Source: Daejeonella sp.
GTDB taxonomy: Bacteria > Bacteroidota > Bacteroidia > Sphingobacteriales > Sphingobacteriaceae
Assembly (NCBI RefSeq): GCF_036405355.1
Contig: NZ_DASWXT010000068.1
Span: 15,303 to 79,302, forward strand
Direction of reading: 5' to 3'
Length of the DNA stretch: 64,000 nt
Numbering within the stretch: the stretch's first letter is position 1; the number at the start of each line of letters is the position of its first letter. The notes under the pieces are model-generated. The model saw nothing but the letters and a program-made list of their open reading frames with translations, was not told the origin of the DNA and made no database searches. This document shows positions 20,115 to 30,257 of the stretch, piece by piece. The position numbers and the translations under genes were made by a program.

Positions 20115-20933
20115 ATGACAAGAATTACTGAAGAATCATCTAAGTACAGGCATTTGGAGAAGATGTCTGTGGAAGAACTTACATCAAACCTGAATAACGA
20201 AGACAAAACTGTTGCATTGGCCATTGAAAAGGCTTTGCCCGAACTGAATACCCTGATCAGTACAATTGTATCTAAGATTGAACATGGTGGAAGATTGTTT
20301 TATGTTGGGGCAGGTAGTGGAGGGCGCTTGTCAGTTCTTGACGTAATTGAACTGCCAACAACCTTTGGAGTTTCTCCAGATCTTTTTAATGTAATTCTTG
20401 CAGGAGGAAAGGAGCATCTGATAGAAGCTTTGGAAGAAAAGGAAGATGATATTAATGCTGCATGGCAAATGCTGCAAAATGAAAAAGTATCAGTAAAAGA
20501 TATTGTCATTGGCATTTCGGCCAGCGGTACTACTCCATTCGTATTGTCAGGCTTAAAAGAATGTAAAAAAAAGGGAATCACCACTGCCTGTATTGTAAGT
20601 AACCCGGGATCACCTATCGCAGCAGAGTCAGATATTCCCGTAGAAGTTATAACAGGGCCCGAATTTGTTACCGGAAGTACCAGAATGAAATGTGGGACAG
20701 CACAGAAAATGATCTTTGATATAATCAGTACGAGTACCATGATTAAACTTGGCCGTGTGCTGGACAATCAAATGGTTAATGTGAAGCTAATCAACGATAA
20801 AATTGTTGACAGAGCAGTAAAAATGCTTATGAAAAATACTGGAATTACAGTTTACAACGAAGCTAAACAGTTGCTTATAGAACAGGGCAGTGTAAGACAA
20901 GCATTAGATCATTTCAACCAGACTGGGAAATAA
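20115..20933 (+). CDS. murQ: N-acetylmuramic acid 6-phosphate etherase
   Basis: GAGSGGRL..LD..E.PTTFG, GISASGTTP, GPEFVTGSTRMKCGTAQKM. Confidence 0.85.
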   Translation: MTRITEESSKYRHLEKMSVEELTSNLNNEDKTVALAIEKALPELNTLISTIVSKIEHGGRLFYVGAGSGGRLSVLDVIELPTTFGVSPDLFNVILAGGKEHLIEALEEKEDDINAAWQMLQNEKVSVKDIVIGISASGTTPFVLSGLKECKKKGITTACIVSNPGSPIAAESDIPVEVITGPEFVTGSTRMKCGTAQKMIFDIISTSTMIKLGRVLDNQMVNVKLINDKIVDRAVKMLMKNTGITVYNEAKQLLIEQGSVRQALDHFNQTGK

Positions 20934-20964
20934 CATTAATCAGATAATTTTAGATTTAATCAAA

Positions 20965-23900
20965 TTACTTTAAGCGATATACATCCCCGTTCACTAAGAT
21001 TATTAGAGAGTTTGTCGAGCTTTTTTGATTGAAAATATTTGAAATTTCATCAGGGAACAGAATAGATTCTTGCGTATTTCCCAAATTCGAAAATTTAAAC
21101 AAATGCCCCTGAGCCGTTGCAGCAAGATAATGTGACTTGTTCTGGATTTGGTATCCCTCAACTTTCAAGACCCTGTCATTCAATGTTTTTCTGAAAATTG
21201 TATTCCCCTTATCATCCAGCACATAAAACTGGAAACCTTCGGTCCCGACAAGAATTTCAAGCTTTCCATCATTATTAAAATCGCCGTGGCGAATATCATT
21301 AACCTCCCCGCCTACATTGCTGTTCCAGTATTCCTTAATTTTTTTATCAAAACCGATCATTCTGATCTCGCTTTGCTTTGTTCCTAACAGAACTGCGGGC
21401 TTAAAAGTTTGAGATTCTTTATTCAATACATCGGCAATTTTCCAACCCGGTCCGCCCGTTTTTCCTGTGATCAGCTCATTATTCTTTATCAGTGTATAAT
21501 AGTAATACTCAAGTGCAAAAATACCCTCTTCCTTGCCATCAGCGTCCAGATCAGCATATTCCATATCCTCAATACCATAGTAATATAAGACCGTTCCGTT
21601 TTTTAATTTTCCATCCAGATCAAGTTCATAAATATACCTGTACTGAGTGCCAACCATGATTACAGGCGGTTGGTCTTTACCATTCTTGTATGCAATCCTG
21701 ACATTTGTTATTCCGATCAAATTGCCTTTATACTCACGATGTGACTGATCATCGGGGAATTTATAGTTCCACAATTCTTTTCCATTGATGTCCAGTGTAT
21801 GGACATACCAGTTCTCTGTTGCAATAAAAATAAGAGCCTTGTTACCAGCATATTGAAAACTCACTTCATTCACCCTCCCTTTGGCTGAAAATTCCCAAAG
21901 TTTATTTCCTTTTGAATCAATCGCATTCACATTTCCGTTTATTCCACCCAGTAAGATATCCTCAATATTATCCCCATTCAGATCAGCAGAAAATGAGCTG
22001 CTAACCCGCTCTTTCATCGAATATATTCTGTCGGAACTATTGACCCGTAAAGATTTGATTTGATTTTGGCTGATTAATGGCTTAATATCTGGTATGGAAA
22101 TAATTTGTTTCAAGATATGGCTTTGGAGATCAGCCTTCCACTCAATTTTTCCTGAATCAATTGCAGACTGTCTTAGGGTCTCCCCTGATTGTTTATACTT
22201 AATCTTGTCCTTCAATAAATCAAATGCTTTCCATTCACCACTTCTCTTATCCCATTTAAAAAAAACTGCTTCTTTAAAATTAAAATCCTGATTTCCAATC
22301 CTGATTTTTGTCACCGAGGCTGCAATAAGTTCATTATCCCCAATGAGATGAAATTTTCCATTACTGGAGAATACTGTACTATTTAATTCATCCTTAACTG
22401 CAAGCCATTTCTGATTCCCGGATTTTATTTCAAATGCATTTTTCCCAATATTAGCAGAATGAACAAACTCAGCATCTGAAGAATGGCTTGACAAAACGTT
22501 AATAAAACCGGCCTGATCGCCTTTCACGTACTCTTTTTCATTGATCACCTCGGTTAAAACAGTCTCATGATCGGCAAAAGGATAAGGATATACAGTTTTC
22601 CAGTATTTAATGAAATGCCCGTATATATCTTTAAGCCTTAGATCTGCCGGACTTAAACTCTGAAGCTGCATGCTAATTCCCTTTTGATTGACCAGAAATC
22701 TGTTCCTCTCTATTTTAGGACTACCCAATGATTGCCAGTGATTTTTAAGCAAAAAACTTCCGGCTTCATTAAACTTCAGATCATCAAAAATGATGAAGAA
22801 CTTCCCTTCAGGACTTATAATCGTGCGTTTCCAGTCCGCGCCGTTGTAGGCAGGCACAATACTGCTGCTAATTCCGGTTCCATCAAGGTCAGCAACCCAA
22901 TCCAGTTTTACCAATGGTGGCTTTTTCCCTTGTTTCCCATCCTTCACTATGACCAAACCTGAGTGATATTCAGGAGTATTCTGGATATAATCACGGTCAT
23001 TCAGAAACAATCTCCCTCTTGAACTATAGTTTAAGATTGCATTTCCATCCTGATGTCCGTGTTTGCCGGCAGAAAAACCATCCAGGATAAGGTAATTATC
23101 ATTTAATCCAAATCCTGATCTGAAGGCTAATTTATGAAAGGAGTCCTTTTGGTCGACATTAATCCTATCCTGCTTTTTATTCTTTTTATCCTCATTATCA
23201 GGATCTTTTTGAAATTCAGGAACATTATTATCCATCTGATTTATCAAATCATCATAAACTCCCTTCTCAATCTCCTGAGCCAGAACTTTAGGATATAAAG
23301 TGCCATCTGGTTGCTCAGGATTATTAAGCTTTACGATATACCGGTGGATTGGATAGATGAGATCGGGCATTTTCTGTCCGGTAAACGGACCGGTACGGGT
23401 CCTTGCCAACAGAAAATTATAAACAGGTTCATTATAATACCAGGATGCTGCATTCAATAACTGTGAGTGCCCCCATGAATATGCACTGCTCATCCCAAAC
23501 GGATAGGTATCACCCCCACCCGACAATGTTCCCATATTATCGATCATCATCGAATGCAGATCGGCACTTGGCCTAAGACTTAGGTTAATAAATTTCAAAT
23601 CACCTGAAAGCATTGCATAATCAATATTAGCAACCGGAAGATGCGCCAGATAATCGGAACCTTCATCAAGACTGATATAGGACGTATTTCCGGAAAAAAT
23701 CCGTTCTCCTCTATTTTTCCATTGAACAATTTCAGGCAAGCTATAATATTTTTCAAAGTACTGACAGGAACCAACCAATGACAGCGCAGGAAATATCTCG
23801 TGGTTCCAGCGAGGGCCAGATTCCGGAGCCTTTACCAGGTAATTATCCATGTAATTAGCCTTACACACCAGGTAAAGCGCTGAAAGGATCTGTGTACGGT

Positions 23901-24798
23901 CTGAATCTGAGAAAAATGGTGAAGCTTCAAGAACGGTCCAGTTCTGGAATATTTTTTCACCCTGAATCCACATATTCTTTCGCTCGTTCAACTGATAAAT
24001 CGCTTCAGAAGGATGTTGGTTTACAAATTGGGCAAAACCCTTCAATAAATCAGAGTAAACTTCACCGTACTTGGGATTCGCAGTAAGCTGAAAGTATTCT
24101 CCATATAACTTAATTCCGGCTAAAACATTTAACAAGGCTTCTACGGTAAGCTCATTATTTACCACAGGCTCCATTTTTGAAAGAATTTCATTCACAGATT
24201 TAATATTAGGTCTGAAATAAGAAATTGTTTCTTTAGGCAATTCCGATTCAAAAAGCCAGGGTATCTGGGCATTATTATTGGATTGTAAAAGTGTCTTTAA
24301 ACGATCCAGCCCAAGTTTAGCGCCTTCAATATCCGATGAGGATACCAGAATTGTGTTTCCCCCTAAGCCGAATGGATCGATTAATGTAAGTAACTGATAA
24401 CCGCCCTTCCCCGGATAAATCGCATCTGCATAAGATAAACGCAGACCATAAAGACGTGCCATTTGCTTATTGTTACCAAGATTTCCCAATATGATTGTAT
24501 TCCCGGACCATCCCTTAACAAACTTAATGGGATCTGGATGCCCGATTTCTGGGGTCTTTCCTGTCTTCTGCTTAATAAAACCCTGTAGTTCATCAGCGAG
24601 ATCCTTCCATGCCTGCTCTTCGGGCACAATGATTTTTATATCATTCAGACTTGTGGATCTTTGTAGGTTCCTTGGAGCAATAGTTTTTAAATGTGAGGAA
24701 TCAATTGAATGAATATCAGAAGATTCAGAACCATACATTTCTGTATTAAAATAACACAAAATGAGCATCAGCACTCCCCGGACAAAATATTTCAACAT
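20965..24798 (-). CDS. 1277-aa secreted multidomain protein: heparinase II/III-like core plus C-terminal FG-GAP/PQQ-like propeller
   Basis: Signal peptide; helical region with NHE; KHGHQDGNAILNY motif; DLNGD/DLDADG/DFNNDG repeats. Confidence 0.6.
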   Translation of the reverse strand: MLKYFVRGVLMLILCYFNTEMYGSESSDIHSIDSSHLKTIAPRNLQRSTSLNDIKIIVPEEQAWKDLADELQGFIKQKTGKTPEIGHPDPIKFVKGWSGNTIILGNLGNNKQMARLYGLRLSYADAIYPGKGGYQLLTLIDPFGLGGNTILVSSSDIEGAKLGLDRLKTLLQSNNNAQIPWLFESELPKETISYFRPNIKSVNEILSKMEPVVNNELTVEALLNVLAGIKLYGEYFQLTANPKYGEVYSDLLKGFAQFVNQHPSEAIYQLNERKNMWIQGEKIFQNWTVLEASPFFSDSDRTQILSALYLVCKANYMDNYLVKAPESGPRWNHEIFPALSLVGSCQYFEKYYSLPEIVQWKNRGERIFSGNTSYISLDEGSDYLAHLPVANIDYAMLSGDLKFINLSLRPSADLHSMMIDNMGTLSGGGDTYPFGMSSAYSWGHSQLLNAASWYYNEPVYNFLLARTRTGPFTGQKMPDLIYPIHRYIVKLNNPEQPDGTLYPKVLAQEIEKGVYDDLINQMDNNVPEFQKDPDNEDKKNKKQDRINVDQKDSFHKLAFRSGFGLNDNYLILDGFSAGKHGHQDGNAILNYSSRGRLFLNDRDYIQNTPEYHSGLVIVKDGKQGKKPPLVKLDWVADLDGTGISSSIVPAYNGADWKRTIISPEGKFFIIFDDLKFNEAGSFLLKNHWQSLGSPKIERNRFLVNQKGISMQLQSLSPADLRLKDIYGHFIKYWKTVYPYPFADHETVLTEVINEKEYVKGDQAGFINVLSSHSSDAEFVHSANIGKNAFEIKSGNQKWLAVKDELNSTVFSSNGKFHLIGDNELIAASVTKIRIGNQDFNFKEAVFFKWDKRSGEWKAFDLLKDKIKYKQSGETLRQSAIDSGKIEWKADLQSHILKQIISIPDIKPLISQNQIKSLRVNSSDRIYSMKERVSSSFSADLNGDNIEDILLGGINGNVNAIDSKGNKLWEFSAKGRVNEVSFQYAGNKALIFIATENWYVHTLDINGKELWNYKFPDDQSHREYKGNLIGITNVRIAYKNGKDQPPVIMVGTQYRYIYELDLDGKLKNGTVLYYYGIEDMEYADLDADGKEEGIFALEYYYYTLIKNNELITGKTGGPGWKIADVLNKESQTFKPAVLLGTKQSEIRMIGFDKKIKEYWNSNVGGEVNDIRHGDFNNDGKLEILVGTEGFQFYVLDDKGNTIFRKTLNDRVLKVEGYQIQNKSHYLAATAQGHLFKFSNLGNTQESILFPDEISNIFNQKSSTNSLIILVNGDVYRLK

Positions 24799-24862
24799 CC
24801 TGAATTTGATTATAAATAAATGATATTCAATTTATTACACTCTAAATATTAATTGTAACAAC

Positions 24863-26125
24863 TTAATCTTTCTTATCAAAGTAAAGATAGAACACCTCAG
24901 CCAGCTGTTTTCCAAGGAGTTCCCAATCCTTACCCATGGGTGCTTTATTCAGACCGGCTATCCATTCATAGTTCAGTTCATATACAAAAGCATCGATTCC
25001 ATATCGTTTGGCAAGTCCCTCACCAAATGAGCCCGGATTCTTTACATGAGATGGTCCTTCAGTAAACCAGGTATGTTTGTATAATAAAGTCTCAATTCTT
25101 TTCATATTTGATACATACTGGCTATTAATTTCAGAAGGAAGATTAACATGAATATTACCGCCCTGATCATTATGCAGATCGATCGCTATTTGAGGCTTCT
25201 TACCTTTACTGATCATCATTTCCAGCCAGCTCTCGAAAGCGTATTTCTCAGGAGTTAGAATCCGGTCTGCCGGACGATCCCACTCCCTGTTAAGGTCCTT
25301 ACCATTGGTATTGAAACGGGTTCTACCGCGTGCTACCCCATCTTTATTGGTCATTGGCATGATATACACACAATAACGCCTCAAAAAATGTGCAGATTCC
25401 TTCCCGAGCAGAGTGCGGATCAAACCCTGAACTACCCAGTTCCCACCGGGTTCCCAGGAATGAGCCCTTGCCCTGAGAAATACACTAAAGATGGCATCCG
25501 GATTTCCAATTCTGATTATTTCAAGAGGACGCCCTTCAGCTGTATTTCCCACCTTCATAATTTCGACCTGTGGCTTTCCCCTGATTTCAGTTAATAGTTT
25601 ATCCAGATCACTGATTCTATATGGCTCAACACTGGCCACATACATTTGATCACTTTTCATCGGAACTGTGAACTTTAAGCGATTTCCTGATATAAAGTCG
25701 GCCGGAATAACTGACCAGTTTTTACCGTCCTTTGAAATCAGACAGTTCGTTTTTTCAGATACAGGAACACCCTTTATCCCATTCCAAACATTCTCGAAAT
25801 TTTTCAGGATTATTGTTATTTCAGAACCTGAATCTGCCTCAAGTTTAAAATGCCAGTGCCCATTCGCGCGATTCGGGGATACGCGCTCATGGTCATAAAT
25901 AAGACTCACATTAACAATACCCATGGAATCAGTTTCCCAATCAAGTTGTGAAGCGTTTTCAAAATTTGTACTGATATATTTTAAACTGCTTTTCAGTGTA
26001 TCAAAAGGCTGAGAATGGGAATTACCCGATATATTAATCAGAGGAAATTCAGCAGCTGAACTATTTGGTACAGATATAAGCAGGGATAATCCGAACAATA
26101 AAAAAGCAATAATTTTGTTTCTCAT
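24863..26125 (-). CDS. Secreted M14 zinc carboxypeptidase-family protein
   Basis: ARAHSWE (HxxE), N.DG...G.TR.N..G.DLNR, IDLHN. Confidence 0.85.
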   Translation of the reverse strand: MRNKIIAFLLFGLSLLISVPNSSAAEFPLINISGNSHSQPFDTLKSSLKYISTNFENASQLDWETDSMGIVNVSLIYDHERVSPNRANGHWHFKLEADSGSEITIILKNFENVWNGIKGVPVSEKTNCLISKDGKNWSVIPADFISGNRLKFTVPMKSDQMYVASVEPYRISDLDKLLTEIRGKPQVEIMKVGNTAEGRPLEIIRIGNPDAIFSVFLRARAHSWEPGGNWVVQGLIRTLLGKESAHFLRRYCVYIMPMTNKDGVARGRTRFNTNGKDLNREWDRPADRILTPEKYAFESWLEMMISKGKKPQIAIDLHNDQGGNIHVNLPSEINSQYVSNMKRIETLLYKHTWFTEGPSHVKNPGSFGEGLAKRYGIDAFVYELNYEWIAGLNKAPMGKDWELLGKQLAEVFYLYFDKKD

Positions 26126-26177
26126 CTTAAAATTTATTTAGAATTCAGATTATCAGACATATATACTGCTTGATTTC

Positions 26178-27680
26178 TTAATAAACAGAGGAAGATTTCA
26201 ATTTATTCAGGGTGTAACATATCAGTTTATTGTTCAGCGAATCACCCGTTGAAGTTTTAATATCTCCCAAATTCAATTCATAAACGTAACCAGGCTTTAG
26301 GCTTGCCAGAGTCAGTGATACCTTCTTTCGATCATTAGAAATTTTGATATCGGTAACAGGAACATTTTGAATATCAAACTGATCAGAACCATATTTACTT
26401 TGGTACTTATAATAGTAGTGCCGAAACTTGAAATTTTCAGGATTTGTAGCAACCGATACATCCAGCGGCTCCGTAAAGGTCAGATCAAAGCCTTTTTCAG
26501 TCAGATTCATACTATAGATATCAGCAGGTGTTTTACCTGTAAAAACTATCCGTTGAATACCCTGGTCACCGAGCCATCCATGAGAGTTTTGACCAATCCA
26601 TAAACTGCCATCCGGGGCAAATACCAATCTGTTATTCCCTTTACGAAGGCCGTTTCCATCAAGAAAAGGAATACATGCACCTTGTAATTCACCCCCAACC
26701 CGCTCAAGCATTACTCTAACAATCCTTTCCTTATTCATCTCACCGATGATCAACTGTCCAGTGAAAGGGCCAAATTTACCTGAGGTATTATCGCAGACAG
26801 GCTGAGTTGGTGAGTTTGCAATAATACCATGCGGAAATAAGACAGCTCCTCTGGTTCGCATGCTATCCAAAACCGGTATTGGTAATAAAAATGGATTACC
26901 TCTATTCCACCCCTTTTGCCAAACCAGACTTCCGGGGTGACCATAAAACTTTCCTTCCTGTACGTGATGCAAGGGACTGGTACCAATCCAGTCACCCTGG
27001 TTATCAGTTGCAAACAGATTACCTTCAAGATCAAAACCAATTCCGTTTGGAGAACGGAAACCAGATGCAAAAGGTCGCAAAATACCATCCTTGCCTAACT
27101 TCATCATCCATCCACGATAAGGTAAATTCGAAAACATCTGCCCTTTACTGCCACTCTCACGACCAAGGGGATTGATTTGACCACGAACTTCAGCTCTGAT
27201 GTTTCCCCCGCCAGAAGAAGAATTCAGGGCGATAAACAGATTACCGTCCTTATCCTTAACCGGACCGTAGTTGAATTCATGGTAATTACCCGAAAGTCCG
27301 AAATCATCCGTAACCTTTTCATACAGATCCGCCACCCCATCCCCATCCGTATCTTTAACCCTTGTTAATTCGGGACGTTGCATTATTAATAATTCAGAAT
27401 TACTGACTACAAGAATCCCTAATGGATCATGCAGGCCTTCAGCGAACAATTTCCATTCTTTTGTTATGGTATTGTAGGTCATTACCTCTCCTCTGGTAAA
27501 ACACGCAACCAGGCGGCCATCGGGCAAAAATTCAACAGCACCGGTCTCACTTGTTAGTCCATCTGGCATTTTGATGGTTTCAACCCTGTAAGATTTATTT
27601 GTTATCTGGGCAAGAAGAGAGTCCAGGCAGGTAAAAACCAACAGTCCTGTCATGAAAATGGAAATCACTTTATACTTCAT
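26178..27680 (-). CDS. Secreted sorbosone/PQQ-dehydrogenase-like beta-propeller, no heme motif
   Basis: FAEGLH.PLG, D.DGDG.AD, NYHEF.YG, GFRSPNG, TDNQGDW; no CxxCH. Confidence 0.72.
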   Translation of the reverse strand: MKYKVISIFMTGLLVFTCLDSLLAQITNKSYRVETIKMPDGLTSETGAVEFLPDGRLVACFTRGEVMTYNTITKEWKLFAEGLHDPLGILVVSNSELLIMQRPELTRVKDTDGDGVADLYEKVTDDFGLSGNYHEFNYGPVKDKDGNLFIALNSSSGGGNIRAEVRGQINPLGRESGSKGQMFSNLPYRGWMMKLGKDGILRPFASGFRSPNGIGFDLEGNLFATDNQGDWIGTSPLHHVQEGKFYGHPGSLVWQKGWNRGNPFLLPIPVLDSMRTRGAVLFPHGIIANSPTQPVCDNTSGKFGPFTGQLIIGEMNKERIVRVMLERVGGELQGACIPFLDGNGLRKGNNRLVFAPDGSLWIGQNSHGWLGDQGIQRIVFTGKTPADIYSMNLTEKGFDLTFTEPLDVSVATNPENFKFRHYYYKYQSKYGSDQFDIQNVPVTDIKISNDRKKVSLTLASLKPGYVYELNLGDIKTSTGDSLNNKLICYTLNKLKSSSVY

Positions 27681-28825
27681 AACATTCCCCCTTCCTTCAT
27701 AGTCATTGTAATGCTGAACTTTCTGGCCTCTTTGGGTGTTAATCTTAAGCTATTCCCTTCCCATGACCCGGCTGAGGCCTTATATTTAACCCCATCAGAT
27801 TGATCGGTGTTGAACCATACAGTATTTTTAACATCCGGAATGCTAAAAGTCCTGATTAGTCCCTGGCCATCAACATTTGGTAGAATCAGCTCATAAACAT
27901 CAATTCCGTTTATTGTATAGTGAAATTCAGGATAGCGGTTAATGAGTTTATATCCTTTGTAATCTAATTTTGGAGTTTTGTTATCCGCACTAAATGATAA
28001 TGGAAAATCTGTTTTATCCCTAAAAAATACATTTCCAACAACTTTTGCTGATACATCGCCTTTACCTTTCCAAAGCTCAGAATTATCGAGGAAGCCACCA
28101 CTCCATGCAAAACGCAACTTACAGGTACCAGCATCCCAGCAGTAGGATAAATCACCAGGGAGACTAACTGCAATTGCCGCAGGACTCGCCCCATCAATAA
28201 AAACACGGTAAATATATGGTGATACGGGGGTGTAGGGATGTAATGTTTTGATTTTTACAGCCTGATCCTTGACCTGATGGTTAGTATGCTGAGTACCCGA
28301 CAAAGAATTATCTCCGGCTCTTCGGTTTGGAGGAATATTAGGATCATCCTTTAGTTCAGGCATTCGTCCATCTGAGCTAACATACATTGCACCAAACATG
28401 ATAAAGCCATGACCCGGAAGGGTACATACATAAGGGTACACTCCTTCCTGTTTAGGTGCTGTAAAACTCAGTGTTCTGAACTGATTGGGATTGACGACAG
28501 GGATTGACCACAAAACAGATGAGGAAATTGGAATATAGTCCAATTCCGGACCTTTTTGACCTAATTTAAGTGCCTCATTTACAACATCAAGCCTTGCTCC
28601 TGGCTTTGTGATGAGAAGATTATGACTCATGTCATCACTGTTACTGAAAATCAGGTTTAATTTTTCGCCTGGCTTAACATTAAACCTTACCAGATCGAAT
28701 TGAAGGCCAACTAGTACATCAATTTTTATGGTTCTTATTGTATCTGCATTATTCTGCGCATACAGTTGTACAATTGACAGAAGGGCCAGCATCAAGGAAA
28801 ATATCTTTTTATCAGACCTCATCAA
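27677..28825 (-). CDS. Azurin/auracyanin-like cupredoxin fused to a C-terminal beta domain
   Basis: Type-1 Cu ligands SHN...YVCTLPGHGFIM; signal peptide. Confidence 0.85.
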   Translation of the reverse strand: MMRSDKKIFSLMLALLSIVQLYAQNNADTIRTIKIDVLVGLQFDLVRFNVKPGEKLNLIFSNSDDMSHNLLITKPGARLDVVNEALKLGQKGPELDYIPISSSVLWSIPVVNPNQFRTLSFTAPKQEGVYPYVCTLPGHGFIMFGAMYVSSDGRMPELKDDPNIPPNRRAGDNSLSGTQHTNHQVKDQAVKIKTLHPYTPVSPYIYRVFIDGASPAAIAVSLPGDLSYCWDAGTCKLRFAWSGGFLDNSELWKGKGDVSAKVVGNVFFRDKTDFPLSFSADNKTPKLDYKGYKLINRYPEFHYTINGIDVYELILPNVDGQGLIRTFSIPDVKNTVWFNTDQSDGVKYKASAGSWEGNSLRLTPKEARKFSITMTMKEGGML

Positions 28826-28848
28826 TGCAAAAATTACAATGTTATAAA

Positions 28849-30222
28849 TTAAAACATGGACTGATAATGATCTGAGGGATCAAAAATCCCCCCGCTTCTC
28901 TCATAAAAATCAGGACTCAATTCAAAAACCCCTTTGTTTGGGACCATCCAGGAAGCGTGTGCAGCAGGATGGTAATTAACCATATTTTTCCAGTTAACAT
29001 AATTCATATCCCCGTTAGTTTCCATCATACCCATATTTATTACAGGAAATGGTGCAAGATGGGCTGCCAGATTTTTGTTCCAGTCAATTAAGATAGGATT
29101 CACAGTTAAATCAGCACACATACATGGAACATTTCTTTCTGCGGCAAGTTTGGCAATCTTTATCGACAGACTGAGTGTTTTTGCAATACCTTTCAGTACC
29201 ATGACCTTATATCCCTGATCAAGGCGTTTTATTGCAGATTGTTCATCATGTACACTTTCATCTGCGCCGATTCTGAGGTCGATATCTGCGACACTTTCTT
29301 CATTATTTTCATTCAAAGGCTCTTCAATCAGCAGAATCTGATCGAAGGCACCGATCTTACGAGCATGATCAAGATATTTTAAAAGAGTTTCCTTTTTCTC
29401 ATACCGGGCATTTGCATCTATCGTATAAATCAATTTACCATTTTCGGTCTGGTTGGTCCGAAGATCTTTAAGGGTTTCATGGATCAGGCTTAATCTGTTA
29501 ATATCAGCTTCAATCATCTCCGACTGAGTACCGGGTGCACCTGATTTGATTTTAAAAACAAAATATCCTTGTTTTGCAGCATTTTTCAAATCCTCCATAG
29601 GCATGCCATAGGGTATTTGATACATGATGGCAATTTTTTTATTCCTATGGGATAAAGCCTTTTTATACTGCTCAGGAATCATATCCTCAAAACTGCTAAA
29701 TTTATTTTCAGCAGCATAGGTAAGCCAGGCAGCATTATCCACACCAACCAGAGCGTTATAGACAAAATTGATGTTCAGATCGTGTTTTGCTGTAATTATT
29801 TTCCCATCTTGAATAACAGCCGGCAAAATTTTATCAAGCAATTCAGGAGGTGTTCTGAATGGAGTTTTTTTGACGTGTTCAAGAGCTTTGTTAACCAGGT
29901 TGTACATCATTGCATTCCCTTCAGTTTCTGACTGGCGCGGAAATAAATCCGAATCTCCATACAGAACACTCTGTGTCGCTAAACCTATCCTGGAGATACC
30001 TGAATCAGATTGCATTCTGGAGGCTACCTGCCATAATTCAGTTAAATATCCTCCCTTAAATCCGAAAGGACGAATAAGCTTTTCTCTTTCAAAGCCCGAC
30101 TGCGTCCTGACAATATTAATCATTTTTAAAGCAGCGGAATCAGCAGCATAAAGGTCAGTGAGATTCATAGAACTTAAGGCAGCTAAAGCGCCGGCACTTT
30201 TAACAAATCTTCTTCTGTCCAT
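28849..30222 (-). CDS. Tat-exported enolase-superfamily (mandelate racemase/MLE-like) enzyme
   Basis: MDRRRFVK; FKIKSG, IDAN, IEEP, ADES. Confidence 0.82.
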   Translation of the reverse strand: MDRRRFVKSAGALAALSSMNLTDLYAADSAALKMINIVRTQSGFEREKLIRPFGFKGGYLTELWQVASRMQSDSGISRIGLATQSVLYGDSDLFPRQSETEGNAMMYNLVNKALEHVKKTPFRTPPELLDKILPAVIQDGKIITAKHDLNINFVYNALVGVDNAAWLTYAAENKFSSFEDMIPEQYKKALSHRNKKIAIMYQIPYGMPMEDLKNAAKQGYFVFKIKSGAPGTQSEMIEADINRLSLIHETLKDLRTNQTENGKLIYTIDANARYEKKETLLKYLDHARKIGAFDQILLIEEPLNENNEESVADIDLRIGADESVHDEQSAIKRLDQGYKVMVLKGIAKTLSLSIKIAKLAAERNVPCMCADLTVNPILIDWNKNLAAHLAPFPVINMGMMETNGDMNYVNWKNMVNYHPAAHASWMVPNKGVFELSPDFYERSGGIFDPSDHYQSMF

Positions 30223-30257
30223 CTTGAAAGTTATAAAATTAGTTAATAAGGGAATAG

